This document shows, piece by piece, positions 1 to 8,931 of a DNA stretch of 64,000 nucleotides. The DNA comes from an uncultured Gammaproteobacteria bacterium (GTDB taxonomy: Bacteria > Patescibacteriota > Microgenomatia > Levybacterales > GWA1-39-11), in the NCBI GenBank assembly GCA_964537315.1, contig CAZIAP010000002.1:43237-107236 (forward strand), written 5' to 3'. The position numbers and the translations under genes are program-made. The notes beneath the pieces were generated by a model. It was not told the origin of the DNA. It searched no databases and worked only from the letters and a program-made list of their open reading frames with translations. Each line of letters opens with the position of its first letter. Position 1 is the first letter of the stretch.

Positions 1-397
1 CAACATCTTCATCCAAAATGCCCATATCAATCATGCTGTCCCCATTAACCTTGAGAGCATAATACGAATTGTTTGGTTTCAATTTAATATTGCTTGGAAC
101 TTGAATGGGTTCAGGATTTTCAATTGGTTCGATTGGTTCACCTGCTGCTATAAAACCCAACAAAGGAACTGTCCTTTTTTGCGTAATTGGTTCAATTCCA
201 CGATTTTTATGAGGATCTCTTTTTAGGTATCCCTTTTTTTCCAATTCCTCAATGTAGTATTGGGCTGTACTTAGGTTTTCTGTGTTCAAAAAACCTGCTG
301 TTTCACGCAATGAAGGAGAGAACCCATTTTCATGAACAAATGAATTGATAAAATCCAACACGCCTTTTTGTTTATCAGTTAATGGCTTGACTTGCAT
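1..397 (-). CDS. lexA: LexA repressor, partial (C-terminus cut by the window edge). Not in the ORF track.
   Basis: Reverse-strand translation from the ATG (complement of 395-397) gives MQVKPLTDKQKGVLDFINSFVHENGFSPSLRETAGFL...PLLGFIAAGEPIEPIENPEPIQVP...ALKVNGDSMIDMGILDEDV. This has a winged-helix N-domain, the AAGEP linker and the GDSM catalytic-serine motif of S24 peptidases. The ORF runs off the window start. Confidence 0.75.
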   Translation of the reverse strand, partial: MQVKPLTDKQKGVLDFINSFVHENGFSPSLRETAGFLNTENLSTAQYYIEELEKKGYLKRDPHKNRGIEPITQKRTVPLLGFIAAGEPIEPIENPEPIQVPSNIKLKPNNSYYALKVNGDSMIDMGILDEDV

Positions 398-416
398 AGT
401 GTATTATGATAACTTT

Positions 417-435
417 ATGACAAATTTATAGTCAT
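417..435. promoter_or_regulatory. Candidate operator palindrome ATGAC-N9-GTCAT in the lexA/DUF2188 divergent promoter
   Basis: An ATGAC (417-421) / GTCAT (431-435) inverted repeat lies between the lexA start and the divergent gene. A strong RBS AAGGAGGTGAGG follows at about 465-476. Its position fits an autoregulatory LexA box, but it is not a canonical known LexA consensus. Confidence 0.25.
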
Positions 436-480
436 GTCAAGCAATATAAATATATCAATCTATAAGGAGGTGAGGCAATA

Positions 481-711
481 ATGGCAAAATCACAACATGT
501 AGTACCATATGGCAAAGATTGGGCAGTTCGAGGTGCCGGAAATAGTCGTGTCACTTCAATACACAAAACACAATCATCAGCATATCAAGAGGCTAGGCAG
601 ATAGCAATCAATAACAAAGCGGAGGTGGTAATACACCGCCCAGACGGCAGAATAAGGGATAAAGATAGTTTTGGCAATGATCCTTTTCCTCCTAGGGATA
701 AAAGGTTTTAA
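481..711 (+). CDS. DUF2188-family small protein
   Basis: The 76-aa product MAKSQHVVPYGKDWAVRGAGNSRVTSIHKTQSSAYQEARQIAINNKAEVVIHRPDGRIRDKDSFGNDP matches the DUF2188 pattern (V-P-xx-GW-V...A-S-xH-TK-EA-A-R-A...-IH--DG-IR). An AAGGAGGTG RBS sits 8 nt upstream. Confidence 0.6.
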   Translation: MAKSQHVVPYGKDWAVRGAGNSRVTSIHKTQSSAYQEARQIAINNKAEVVIHRPDGRIRDKDSFGNDPFPPRDKRF

Positions 712-754
712 ATCTGTTGGATTATCATCATGCACACTTATTTTAAATGCGTAA

Positions 755-1270
755 ATGGAAGAAATTTTAGAGAATTTTGAGTTTGTTAGATTTGTCTTCG
801 TCCCATTTTTATCTTTTGTTGTGGGTTTTGCTTTAGCTGTATTTATTTATAGACACCCTCAAACAAAAAAATTTAAATTTGTCACTAAATTGTGGCACAT
901 TGAATCAGAAAAGTACCGCAATCTTACAAGAAATCATTACAACATCTCAGATTTGCAAATTGTGGATTCCAATAATAAACCTGTACGTCACCCATACACG
1001 CTTAATGATGGGAAAAATGTTTTTAAATGCATTGCCTCCTATACTGATGGCACGACTGAAAGTTATTCTCCATATTGGTTGTGTTGGGCAAAAGGAAGTG
1101 ATGATCCTTGGTGCGTTTTGGGTAAAAGTAGAAAAGATGAAGTATCTATTACTAGAGGCGAAAGACATGAGAGATATTCAGAATTGTCATGTTGGGTATT
1201 TCCACCTAAGAGGCAGTCAGAAACAGGGAATGTAGAAATACCGCATGTCTCAATCGGCTTTAAGTATTGA
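755..1270 (+). CDS. Hypothetical membrane-anchored protein (one N-terminal TM helix, Cys/Trp-rich C-domain)
   Basis: 171-aa ORF. The hydrophobic segment FVRFVFVPFLSFVVGFALAVFIY is followed by a Cys/Trp-rich domain. Its stop overlaps the next gene's start (ATGA-type overlap at 1267-1270). I recognise no family. Confidence 0.35.
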   Translation: MEEILENFEFVRFVFVPFLSFVVGFALAVFIYRHPQTKKFKFVTKLWHIESEKYRNLTRNHYNISDLQIVDSNNKPVRHPYTLNDGKNVFKCIASYTDGTTESYSPYWLCWAKGSDDPWCVLGKSRKDEVSITRGERHERYSELSCWVFPPKRQSETGNVEIPHVSIGFKY

Positions 1271-2700
1271 AAATTATGTACATACTAGAAAAAGAACACG
1301 CACTAAAACTGTCTGCTGCCCTTGCTAGCTCATATTACAAAGAACGAGTAAATTATCTTGAAAAAGTACTCCGAGCAACAAGAAGCAAGCGTCACAAGAA
1401 TAATAAAGAAATGTTGCTTGCAATGCAGTTCAACATAGCCAAATTTGAAACTAATATTTGGAACACTCTTAGCGAAGGCAGGAATCTAGCAAAACAGTTA
1501 AATTCAAAATCCAGTCTAACATCCGAAGAAGAGAAGGACTTAAAAGGAATAGAAGAACATATCCTTATACATGAACATCTAATCAGAATTTCTCGTACTA
1601 TTTGCGATGGAATTGCGTGGAGGAATTTGAATTACAATCGCACTTTCTTAAATTCCTCTGCTCGAGGATTTGGAGCAGGGAGAATTGATGTAAATAGTAA
1701 AGAGTTCAAGAGTGAGTTTATGTGGGCACACAGGATTTCAAAAAGATTAAATAGCTTGGTAATACTTAACGATTTAACTAGATTCTTGAGAATTGGTGAC
1801 TTAACAGAAATTAATGATGGCATAGCTTTTATTCATGAAATTAAGAAGTATGGAAAAGAAGTTAAAAATTTGTTCACACTAAAGAAAGTTACAGGCAATG
1901 CCAAAATAAGCAAACAGGCAATAAGATTACTAGAATTACAAAGAATTGCGTTTGCCAATAAAGCCAAAATTTACGGCATAGATGTAGAAACAAAAGAAGT
2001 TGAGTTAGATTTAAAAACCAACACAAATAAAGTCAAGAAATTATTTAGAGAATCAGAAAAGAAATTTGTTGTATCTGATGACATTGATGAGTGTATTAAT
2101 GTAGAAGTAACAAACTTCCATGCAATTCAAGAACATAAACAGAAAGTTGATATTGAAGAGTTGAAAAAAATATCTCCTAAAAAAAGAGTGACTGACTTAA
2201 TTCTTGTTCATAGCAATTGGGACACATTTTATAGTGATGAAAAGGGCAACTTTGTAAGATCCGCACCACCATACTCAATATTTCCCTTTTCAGCAAAGGA
2301 CTGTACTTTTCTAATGTCTGGTTATTATCTAGTTAAATGCTCATTGAATGTTACAAAACTAAAAGAAGTTCTACTACAAAACAATTGGATAATAGAGGAA
2401 CGAACAGAGAAAGATCTAGATAAACAGATCGCAGATTACGAAAAGGAGAAAGATACGATGTTTACAGTTAAAGAGGGTTTGTATGCACATGTTCCAAGTG
2501 ATGGTGGGCTCTTTACAGTCAAACGAGGGCCTTTCAGTGTATCGTTTGACGCAATGCTATATTGCAGGCTAACTATGGAATATCTATCTGTTGAGAGCAT
2601 TCTTAATATTTTGGAGCACATGTATAAGATCGCATCACAAAGACGAAAAGATGATATATATTTTCCTAGATTTAGGAATGAAAACGAATTTTGGAATTAG
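1267..2700 (+). CDS. Hypothetical 477-aa protein. A possible PD-(D/E)xK-like motif (RIGDLTEINDGIAFIHEIKK) is weak inference.
   Basis: Long ORF translationally coupled to the upstream gene. I recognise no domain. The D...ExK spacing in IGDLTEINDGIAFIHEIKK resembles a restriction-endonuclease-like core. No Walker A motif. Confidence 0.45.
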   Translation: MKIMYILEKEHALKLSAALASSYYKERVNYLEKVLRATRSKRHKNNKEMLLAMQFNIAKFETNIWNTLSEGRNLAKQLNSKSSLTSEEEKDLKGIEEHILIHEHLIRISRTICDGIAWRNLNYNRTFLNSSARGFGAGRIDVNSKEFKSEFMWAHRISKRLNSLVILNDLTRFLRIGDLTEINDGIAFIHEIKKYGKEVKNLFTLKKVTGNAKISKQAIRLLELQRIAFANKAKIYGIDVETKEVELDLKTNTNKVKKLFRESEKKFVVSDDIDECINVEVTNFHAIQEHKQKVDIEELKKISPKKRVTDLILVHSNWDTFYSDEKGNFVRSAPPYSIFPFSAKDCTFLMSGYYLVKCSLNVTKLKEVLLQNNWIIEERTEKDLDKQIADYEKEKDTMFTVKEGLYAHVPSDGGLFTVKRGPFSVSFDAMLYCRLTMEYLSVESILNILEHMYKIASQRRKDDIYFPRFRNENEFWN

Positions 2701-2733
2701 CTACATTGCAGGAGTAGGTAAAAGTGTCCAGTA

Positions 2734-3723
2734 TTGAAGTACACAAATATGAGTTACTACGAATTAGAGCAAGATAAAGTCATTAGACAATTTTTAAAGG
2801 ATTTTCCTGAACCAACAAAGGACAATCTTTTTATCTTATTTCATAGCCATTTCATACACCCAGATATAGAAACTGAATTTCTAAACAAAGTTGCAAAAAA
2901 TGTTATTGATGTAAGTTACGATTATTTTATTTCTCTCCCGAAAACAAAGAGATTTCACTTTTTACGAGCATTGGGTAAATTAATAGACTCTGCTCTGTCG
3001 TTAAAAATATGGGAATTCCAGCTCTCAAGAAATGATGCGACGTGGTATTGGAAAGATACCCCCACTTACTTTTTAGCATTAACACATTTAGTAGAACCTC
3101 TTGAGTCTTTAAGGCATGAAATGGGATTAGTCAGAAGAAAGCATTTGTATGAAAAAATTGTTTGTGTAGAGGGAGAAAGCGAGCTTAGTTTTATAAGGAC
3201 ATTGTATCTAACTGCAAAATATGCAAACTTTGACTTTCCTGTCTACAGCTATAAAGGGAAGGGTGAAATACAGAACTTAATACACTTTATTAAAGAAAAA
3301 AATAGGCAAGGAATAAGAGTTCTCTTATCGTACGATATGGACAGACAATCAGACTCATTTATTAAGAAGATTAAGAAAAAATGCACAATTGAAAAAACTT
3401 TTGGGTTCAGTCAGGATTTTGAAGGCTCATTTCCACCTGAAATATTAACGCGTGCTTTGGATGACTATATTAAAAAGTACACAAAATTAAAAATTTCGCT
3501 AGATGAAAAAGACATTGCTGGTTTATTATCTCAACATAAGCCATTCTTAAAAGTGTTCAGTCAAAAATACAACGTAAAAGTTAATAAAGTAAAATTAGGT
3601 GAGTTATTGGGGAAAATTATGGCTGGCGTACTGTATCAACACTGGAACGATGTTTTTAACAAACGCGTAAAAACACCATTTAACTCTGAAATATATAAGT
3701 TTTTGAAATATTTAGTTTCATAA
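2734..3723 (+). CDS. Hypothetical 329-aa protein with a TOPRIM-like motif (E...DxD, OLD/DUF4435-like)
   Basis: IVCVEGESELSFIRTL is followed about 44 aa later by RVLLSYDMDRQSD. This glutamate then DxD arrangement is characteristic of TOPRIM nuclease domains of OLD-family and DUF4435 proteins. The rest is unrecognised. Confidence 0.45.
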   Translation: MKYTNMSYYELEQDKVIRQFLKDFPEPTKDNLFILFHSHFIHPDIETEFLNKVAKNVIDVSYDYFISLPKTKRFHFLRALGKLIDSALSLKIWEFQLSRNDATWYWKDTPTYFLALTHLVEPLESLRHEMGLVRRKHLYEKIVCVEGESELSFIRTLYLTAKYANFDFPVYSYKGKGEIQNLIHFIKEKNRQGIRVLLSYDMDRQSDSFIKKIKKKCTIEKTFGFSQDFEGSFPPEILTRALDDYIKKYTKLKISLDEKDIAGLLSQHKPFLKVFSQKYNVKVNKVKLGELLGKIMAGVLYQHWNDVFNKRVKTPFNSEIYKFLKYLVS

Positions 3724-3727
3724 AGAC

Positions 3728-4378
3728 ATGATAACCTGGCTTCAAGAAAATTATGGGTGGGCGATTAGTCTGCTAATACAGAGCTTTATCGCTTACCATG
3801 TATTTTTCCTATCCCAAAGACTTTCCAACAGAGAACGCCTGAGACACAAAGAGTCAATCAAGAGAAAAGCAGATGAGTTATTGTCTGAAATTCGAAAGAG
3901 AAAGTTAAACAGCGAGGTGTATTTGGTAAACATTAATCGCTATTTCAAGGACTATCCTTCGAATAAAGAAAAGCGGTTCGAGGGCTATTCCCACATTAAA
4001 GCAGAGATTAAAACTACTAGATTTGATGGTATCGAATTCTTCGCAGAACCGCCAAAAGAGGTATATAGAAAAAAAGACAGCACTTTGTCATTTAAAGGTA
4101 ATAAAAAGGAACATGTGTTTAATGCGTTTCCAGTTGGCATTGTTCCTTATGAATGGATTGAGCACGTAGACGCGGTTGGTGATGAGTATGCCTATGTTCC
4201 ATTATTTTATTGCCATTTCAAAGGTAGGACACATTGGAAGTTTTGGAAGAGGTTGTTATTTTTTGGGTATCCATACAAAAACATGCTCTATTATCGTTTA
4301 AGCGATGTATATAATAAGCGAAACGATCCAATGGAGATGAAATACGCCTATATTGATGAGCCCATATCAAAGAACTAA
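3728..4378 (+). CDS. Hypothetical membrane-anchored protein (N-terminal TM)
   Basis: 216-aa ORF starting 5 nt after the previous stop. N-terminal hydrophobic helix WAISLLIQSFIAYHVFFL. No known domain. Confidence 0.4.
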   Translation: MITWLQENYGWAISLLIQSFIAYHVFFLSQRLSNRERLRHKESIKRKADELLSEIRKRKLNSEVYLVNINRYFKDYPSNKEKRFEGYSHIKAEIKTTRFDGIEFFAEPPKEVYRKKDSTLSFKGNKKEHVFNAFPVGIVPYEWIEHVDAVGDEYAYVPLFYCHFKGRTHWKFWKRLLFFGYPYKNMLYYRLSDVYNKRNDPMEMKYAYIDEPISKN

Positions 4379-4813
4379 ACACATGACTAATAAGAAAATC
4401 AACATAACAATTAAAACAAATCTAGATAACGCCACGCCAGAAGAATGGGAGCGATTTATGAAAAATCTAATAGAGGCACACAGAATACTATATAGACGAG
4501 TATTGGAACGAAAAACCAAAGAGATTCTTAGGTTGCCATAGCTACTGGCCGTACCTTATCCATATCTTCTTTTAGTTGGCTAATGAACCTAAAATCCTCA
4601 AACACTTTGAATATACGCACGAATTGACTGGTTATATTAACGTTACGATCCTCGAGCTACTGAAAAAGTCACCATTTGGTGGCTTTTTTTGTGGCTTCTT
4701 TAGAGTAGGCACTCCTTTAGTCTTGAGCTGGAAACGCGAAATCTTCAAAAGAAAACTAGTCGCAGAGCTACAAAACTAACATAAAAGATCATACGTATGT
4801 TAGAATAAATAAA

Positions 4814-5314
4814 ATGAGTAAACTAATTACATGCATCTGGTTTGTCAACAACGACGGAGAAGAGGCAGTAAAATACTATGTAGACACTTTTAACTCAGCC
4901 CCTGGGATTCATGAAGCAAAACTTGGAGATATCACAAAAGCACCTAAGGCAAGCGAAGAAGTTTCAGGTAGACCTGAAGGGTCAGTTCTGACAGCTGAGT
5001 GCGAGATTGATGGAATAAGCTTCATGGCTCTCAATGGTGGTCCTCTTGACCAATTCAAACTTAATGGGTCTACATCTTTTATTATTGAATGTGAAACACA
5101 AGAAGAAATAGATTTCTTCTGGGAAAAACTTTCAGCAGTTCCTGAGGCTGAACAATGCGGGTGGTGCACAGACAAATTCGGTGTCACATGGCAAGTAGTT
5201 CCAAGGATTTTGGATGAAATGATGAGAGATCCTCAAAAAGCTGAGGCAGTAACCGCTGCTTTTATGCCAATGAAGAAAATTGACCTTGAAACAATTAAAA
5301 AAGCAGGCGAATAA
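4814..5314 (+). CDS. PhnB-like / 3-demethylubiquinone-9 3-methyltransferase-domain protein (VOC superfamily)
   Basis: MSKLITCIWFVNNDGEEAVKYYVDTFNSA...CGWCTDKFGVTWQV matches the PF06983 pattern (I-P-LWF...A-EA---Y...CGW--D-FG-SWQ). Paralog of 9539-10027. Confidence 0.7.
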   Translation: MSKLITCIWFVNNDGEEAVKYYVDTFNSAPGIHEAKLGDITKAPKASEEVSGRPEGSVLTAECEIDGISFMALNGGPLDQFKLNGSTSFIIECETQEEIDFFWEKLSAVPEAEQCGWCTDKFGVTWQVVPRILDEMMRDPQKAEAVTAAFMPMKKIDLETIKKAGE

Positions 5315-5464
5315 AAGACTTATTTAGGCTATGCATTTGTAAAGAAGCATTCATAAAAATAGGTACCGACTTCGTCTTTCAGGTTGAGCGCAATAACATT
5401 GTATTTTACCCTCAAATTTCTTATAACCCAAGTCTTTAATTAGAGCCTTTGATATAATCATCCC

Positions 5465-5902
5465 ATGAAGATCGATTCTCATGCTCCACTAATTGCGAAA
5501 AAAAGAGAACTAATTAACGCTCCTATAAACCACGTTTGGAAAATTCAATCTGATATAAATAATTGGCCCAAATGGCAAAAAGAAATCTCAGACGCGAAGC
5601 TTCATGGAAAGTTAGCAAAAGGAACAACTTTTACTTGGAAAGCTATGGGTATGAACATCAACTCAAAGTTACAAGAGGTCATTGAAAATAAAGTAATTGG
5701 ATGGTCAGGAGAATCATTTGGAATGAACGCAATTCATATCTGGAAGTTTGAAAAACAAGGAAATAAAACATTAGTTACAACTGAGGAATCACTATCCGGT
5801 TGGTTCCCACGGTTAATCAAGCTGTTTAAAGCAGATTTTCTAGAACAATCACTTACAAAAGCATTACTGAACTTAAAAAATCAAGCAGAAAAAACAAAAT
5901 AA
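5465..5902 (+). CDS. SRPBCC (polyketide cyclase/START-like) domain protein
   Basis: 145-aa product (I-AP---VW---D---WP-W) typical of polyketide_cyc2/SRPBCC small proteins. Confidence 0.6.
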   Translation: MKIDSHAPLIAKKRELINAPINHVWKIQSDINNWPKWQKEISDAKLHGKLAKGTTFTWKAMGMNINSKLQEVIENKVIGWSGESFGMNAIHIWKFEKQGNKTLVTTEESLSGWFPRLIKLFKADFLEQSLTKALLNLKNQAEKTK

Positions 5903-5917
5903 TCTCATGTTTTATAC

Positions 5918-6304
5918 ATGTTAAAATTATTTATGGTAAGTAAAGATGATCTAAACAAAGTAGAATATAACCTTCCAGCAGACTGGCGTGGAGATGTAAT
6001 GACGCAAATCCGCATACTAATAAAGCAAGCAGACCCAGAGATAATAGAAGATGTTAAGTGGAAGACACCATCAAACCCTGACGGGGTTCTAGTTTGGTAT
6101 AAAGATGGAATGATTACTACCGGTGAAATTTACAAAAAACATATTAGACTAGCTTTTGCAAAAGGACCTGCTCTTAAAGACCATGACCCAAAAGGACTTA
6201 TCAACAGTTACCGCGCGATTATCATACATGAAGAAGACAAAATTAATGAACGTGCATTTAAAGATCTTATCCGAGCTGCAGTAGCACTAAATAGCAAAAA
6301 ATAG
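5918..6304 (+). CDS. DUF1801 (YdhG-like) domain protein
   Basis: ...IRILIKQADPEIIEDVKWKTPSNPDGVLVWYKDG... is characteristic of the DUF1801 family. Confidence 0.55.
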   Translation: MLKLFMVSKDDLNKVEYNLPADWRGDVMTQIRILIKQADPEIIEDVKWKTPSNPDGVLVWYKDGMITTGEIYKKHIRLAFAKGPALKDHDPKGLINSYRAIIIHEEDKINERAFKDLIRAAVALNSKK

Positions 6305-6553
6305 TAGAGAGTGGAGCCCAGACAAAGCACAACGATATATCACCCACATTTGTCCAAGTTCTTCAGTATAGTAAAGGTCCAGAATTAGACTGATACTACA
6401 TGATTATTACAGGAAAATCATACTACTTTATTAGATTTTTGTTACATTTGCTAATAAAGAAGCCTCCTAGAAGATATGAGTAGGCAAGTCAACTATAGCG
6501 ATACAGAATCATTATTTTTAATTATCCTTTCGACAAAGTAGGTGATGAACTAC

Positions 6554-6766
6554 ATGAAAGATGAGGCAAACATAGCAACACATTTAAGAGAGCACCAACA
6601 ATATCCCGCTACTAGAGAAGAGCTAATTGAGACATGCAACCAATTAGGTGACTTTTCAGATGAAGACAAGCAGACGTTCATGGATAAGCTTCCTGAAGGC
6701 ACATACAATACCGCTGAGGAAGTTATGATGGCTCTTGATATGGATACAGCACCAAGAACTGCATAA
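6554..6766 (+). CDS. DUF2795-like small protein
   Basis: ATREELIETCNQLGDFSDEDKQTFMDKLPEGTYNTAEEVMMAL resembles DUF2795 (P-t---l-----g-d-e-l--L--LP---Y----dV--A). The start is ambiguous (GTG 6542, ATG 6545 or ATG 6554); 6554 has the best spacing to the GGTG RBS. Confidence 0.45.
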   Translation: MKDEANIATHLREHQQYPATREELIETCNQLGDFSDEDKQTFMDKLPEGTYNTAEEVMMALDMDTAPRTA

Positions 6767-6870
6767 ACAACTTTTACTAACATACTTGAAAAATATTAGT
6801 TGTTCAAAGTGTTAAAGATCTGACACCTTACTTCGACCTAAATATTAGAACTTTCTGATAAAATATACTC

Positions 6871-7260
6871 ATGCAAAAATATAAGTCGTTGGAGGAATTT
6901 TTTGATGACCTTAAAGAACCCAGAAAATCTGAGGTTGAAGCATTAAGAAAGATAATTTTTGCTGCAGAAAACGATTTGAAGGAGCAAATTAAATGGAACG
7001 CTCCAAGCTACTCATTCAATCATGACGACAGGATAACTTTCAATTTATTCGACCCAAATTCTACGCGTTTAGTATTTCATGCAGGAGTAAAAACGAAGGA
7101 AGATAAGAAAGCTCCACCAATCTTTGATGATGAAACAGGATTATTAGAGTGGAATTCAAATATTAGAGCTACGGCTAGCTTTGAAAACTTAAAGCAAATT
7201 TCTGAAAGTAAAGAGGAATTAATAAAAGTAATTAAAAAATGGCTTGAAGTGTTTGATTAA
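6871..7260 (+). CDS. DUF1801-family protein
   Basis: ...EVEALRKIIFAAENDLKEQIKWNAPSYSFN... is the conserved DUF1801 core (IKW--P). Confidence 0.5.
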   Translation: MQKYKSLEEFFDDLKEPRKSEVEALRKIIFAAENDLKEQIKWNAPSYSFNHDDRITFNLFDPNSTRLVFHAGVKTKEDKKAPPIFDDETGLLEWNSNIRATASFENLKQISESKEELIKVIKKWLEVFD

Positions 7261-7288
7261 TAATCACTGTGTTATAAAACTTTAGATT

Positions 7289-7633
7289 ATGTTTAAACTG
7301 AAACGTATTTATGAAAAAGCTGATAAATCTGATGGGTTTAGAGTTTTGGTCGATAGACTATGGCCAAGAGGAGTATCGAAAGACAGAGCCCAACTTGACC
7401 TGTGGTTAAGAGAAGTTGCTCCCAGCACTAATCTTAGAACATGGTTTGGACACGATCCTAAAAGATGGGAAGAGTTTGAGAAAAGGTATCGACAAGAGTT
7501 AAAAGACAAAGACGAATATTTGCAAGAATTAATCTCACTTGAAAAAAAGCATAAAACCGTCACATTATTGTATTCGGCAAAAAATACCGAACAAAATCAA
7601 GCAGTACTACTAGCAAAAGTACTGAAACACTAG
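7289..7633 (+). CDS. DUF488 (YeaO-like) family protein
   Basis: MFKLKRIYEKADKSDGFRVLVDRLWPRGVSKDRAQLDLWLREVAPSTNLRTWFGHDPKRWEEFEKRY is the DUF488 signature (K-RIY-----DG-R-LVDRLWPRG--K-----D-W-K--APS--LR-WF-H-P-K-W--F---Y). Confidence 0.65.
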   Translation: MFKLKRIYEKADKSDGFRVLVDRLWPRGVSKDRAQLDLWLREVAPSTNLRTWFGHDPKRWEEFEKRYRQELKDKDEYLQELISLEKKHKTVTLLYSAKNTEQNQAVLLAKVLKH

Positions 7634-7682
7634 ATAAGATTTATTGACCAGATCCGAAAAAACTGCAAAATCACAACACAAC

Positions 7683-8486
7683 CTATACATAAGGCAATGA
7701 CCCTAGAGAAGAGTACTCTTCATTGAAACCATAAAGAGTATTCATATCTTCATCACTTATCTCAAAATCAAATACATTTATATTCTCTTCTATGTGATTT
7801 TTATGATTTGCTTTGGGAATTGGAACAGTTCCAAATTGCAAATTCCAACGAATTAAAATTTGTGCTGGTGACTTTTGATATTTACTTGCTATCTGTTGTA
7901 AAGCTGGTTCATCAAGTCTTTGGGTCCGAGTTAAAGGACTGTATGCTTGAATTAGAATATTTCTTGCATCACAGAATGCTTTAAATTCATTGCTATACCC
8001 AAATGGACTCCACTCAATCTGATTAACAGTAGGCGTTTCCTCTGTGTCTTCAATCAGCTTATCTATTAAATCAGCAGAATAGTTACTAACTCCTATATCA
8101 CGCACAAGTTTTTCATTTTTAGCTTTAATCAAACCTTCCCAAAGTTTTTCGCCTGCACCTGTTGGTGGTGGGCGATGAATAAGCATTAAATCAACATACT
8201 CCAACTTCAATTCTTCTAAATTAGATAATGTGCGTTTATAAGCATCATCCATTTCTTCAACTTTAGTTGTGATAAAAAGTTCTTCTCTGCTTACACCACT
8301 TTTTATTATTCCATCTCCAATTCCAGGTTGAGAACCATAATCACTTGATGTATCAATTAATCGATATCCCTTATTAATAGCAAAAGCAACTGTGTCTGCT
8401 GTTTGGTCCATTAATTGCCATGTTCCCAGTCCCATTACAGGCATTTTATTTCCCGTGTGAAGAGTAACAGTAGAGTCTTTATTCAT
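7683..8486 (-). CDS. Aldo/keto reductase (2,5-diketo-D-gluconate reductase-like)
   Basis: LHTGNKMPVMGLGTWQ...GYRLIDTSSDYGSQ...YVDLMLIHRP...IGVSNY...IEWSPF...IPKANHKNHIEENINVFDFEIS carries the AKR catalytic/NADPH motifs. Confidence 0.8.
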   Translation of the reverse strand: MNKDSTVTLHTGNKMPVMGLGTWQLMDQTADTVAFAINKGYRLIDTSSDYGSQPGIGDGIIKSGVSREELFITTKVEEMDDAYKRTLSNLEELKLEYVDLMLIHRPPPTGAGEKLWEGLIKAKNEKLVRDIGVSNYSADLIDKLIEDTEETPTVNQIEWSPFGYSNEFKAFCDARNILIQAYSPLTRTQRLDEPALQQIASKYQKSPAQILIRWNLQFGTVPIPKANHKNHIEENINVFDFEISDEDMNTLYGFNEEYSSLGSLPYV

Positions 8487-8577
8487 ACCTTCATACTACA
8501 ATACGTTTATCTGCACAATTTATATTGAAGTAAGAAAGGTGCAAGAACTTTAATTCAGTATTGACTTAATTAAGCTA

Positions 8578-8931
8578 ATGCTTTATTATCTAATCATGGA
8601 TATATTTTCAGCACTTGCAGATCCTACCAGACGCCAGATAGTGGAAATGCTGGCCAGTAAAGGAAAACTTCCAGCAACAACTATCTCAAAAAATTTTAAT
8701 GTTAGTCCTCCCGCTATTTCTCAACACCTAAAAGTACTCCGAGAAGCAAAAGTTGTAGATGTGGAGAAACGTGCACAACAACGACTTTACACCATAAATG
8801 CTGCTTCTATTAAAGATGTAGAGAAGTGGATTCAAGGAATCACTAAACAATGGGAAGAAAGATTTCTTAGGTTAGATAAATTATTTGAAGAAGAAAATCG
8901 TTTGAAAGGAGGTGAGCACAATGACAGATGA
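8578..8931 (+). CDS. ArsR/SmtB-family transcriptional regulator
   Basis: FSALADPTRRQIVEMLASKG...TTISKNFNVSPPAISQHLKVLREAKVV is an ArsR HTH. The start may be the internal Met at 8596. Confidence 0.7.
   Translation: MLYYLIMDIFSALADPTRRQIVEMLASKGKLPATTISKNFNVSPPAISQHLKVLREAKVVDVEKRAQQRLYTINAASIKDVEKWIQGITKQWEERFLRLDKLFEEENRLKGGEHNDR

Noticed and set aside
879-1235. ORFs 879-1235 (+) and 947-1168 (-), both of which overlap 755-1270
   Set aside because: They are alternative-frame or antisense shadows of the longer coding ORF. They have no RBS and no independent support.
4353-4779. Small ORFs 4353-4541 and 4576-4779 between the unknown operon and the first PhnB-like gene
   Set aside because: They are short (62-67 aa) with no RBS or motif. 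The first overlaps the end of 3728-4378. They may be genuine small accessory proteins, but evidence is insufficient to call them.
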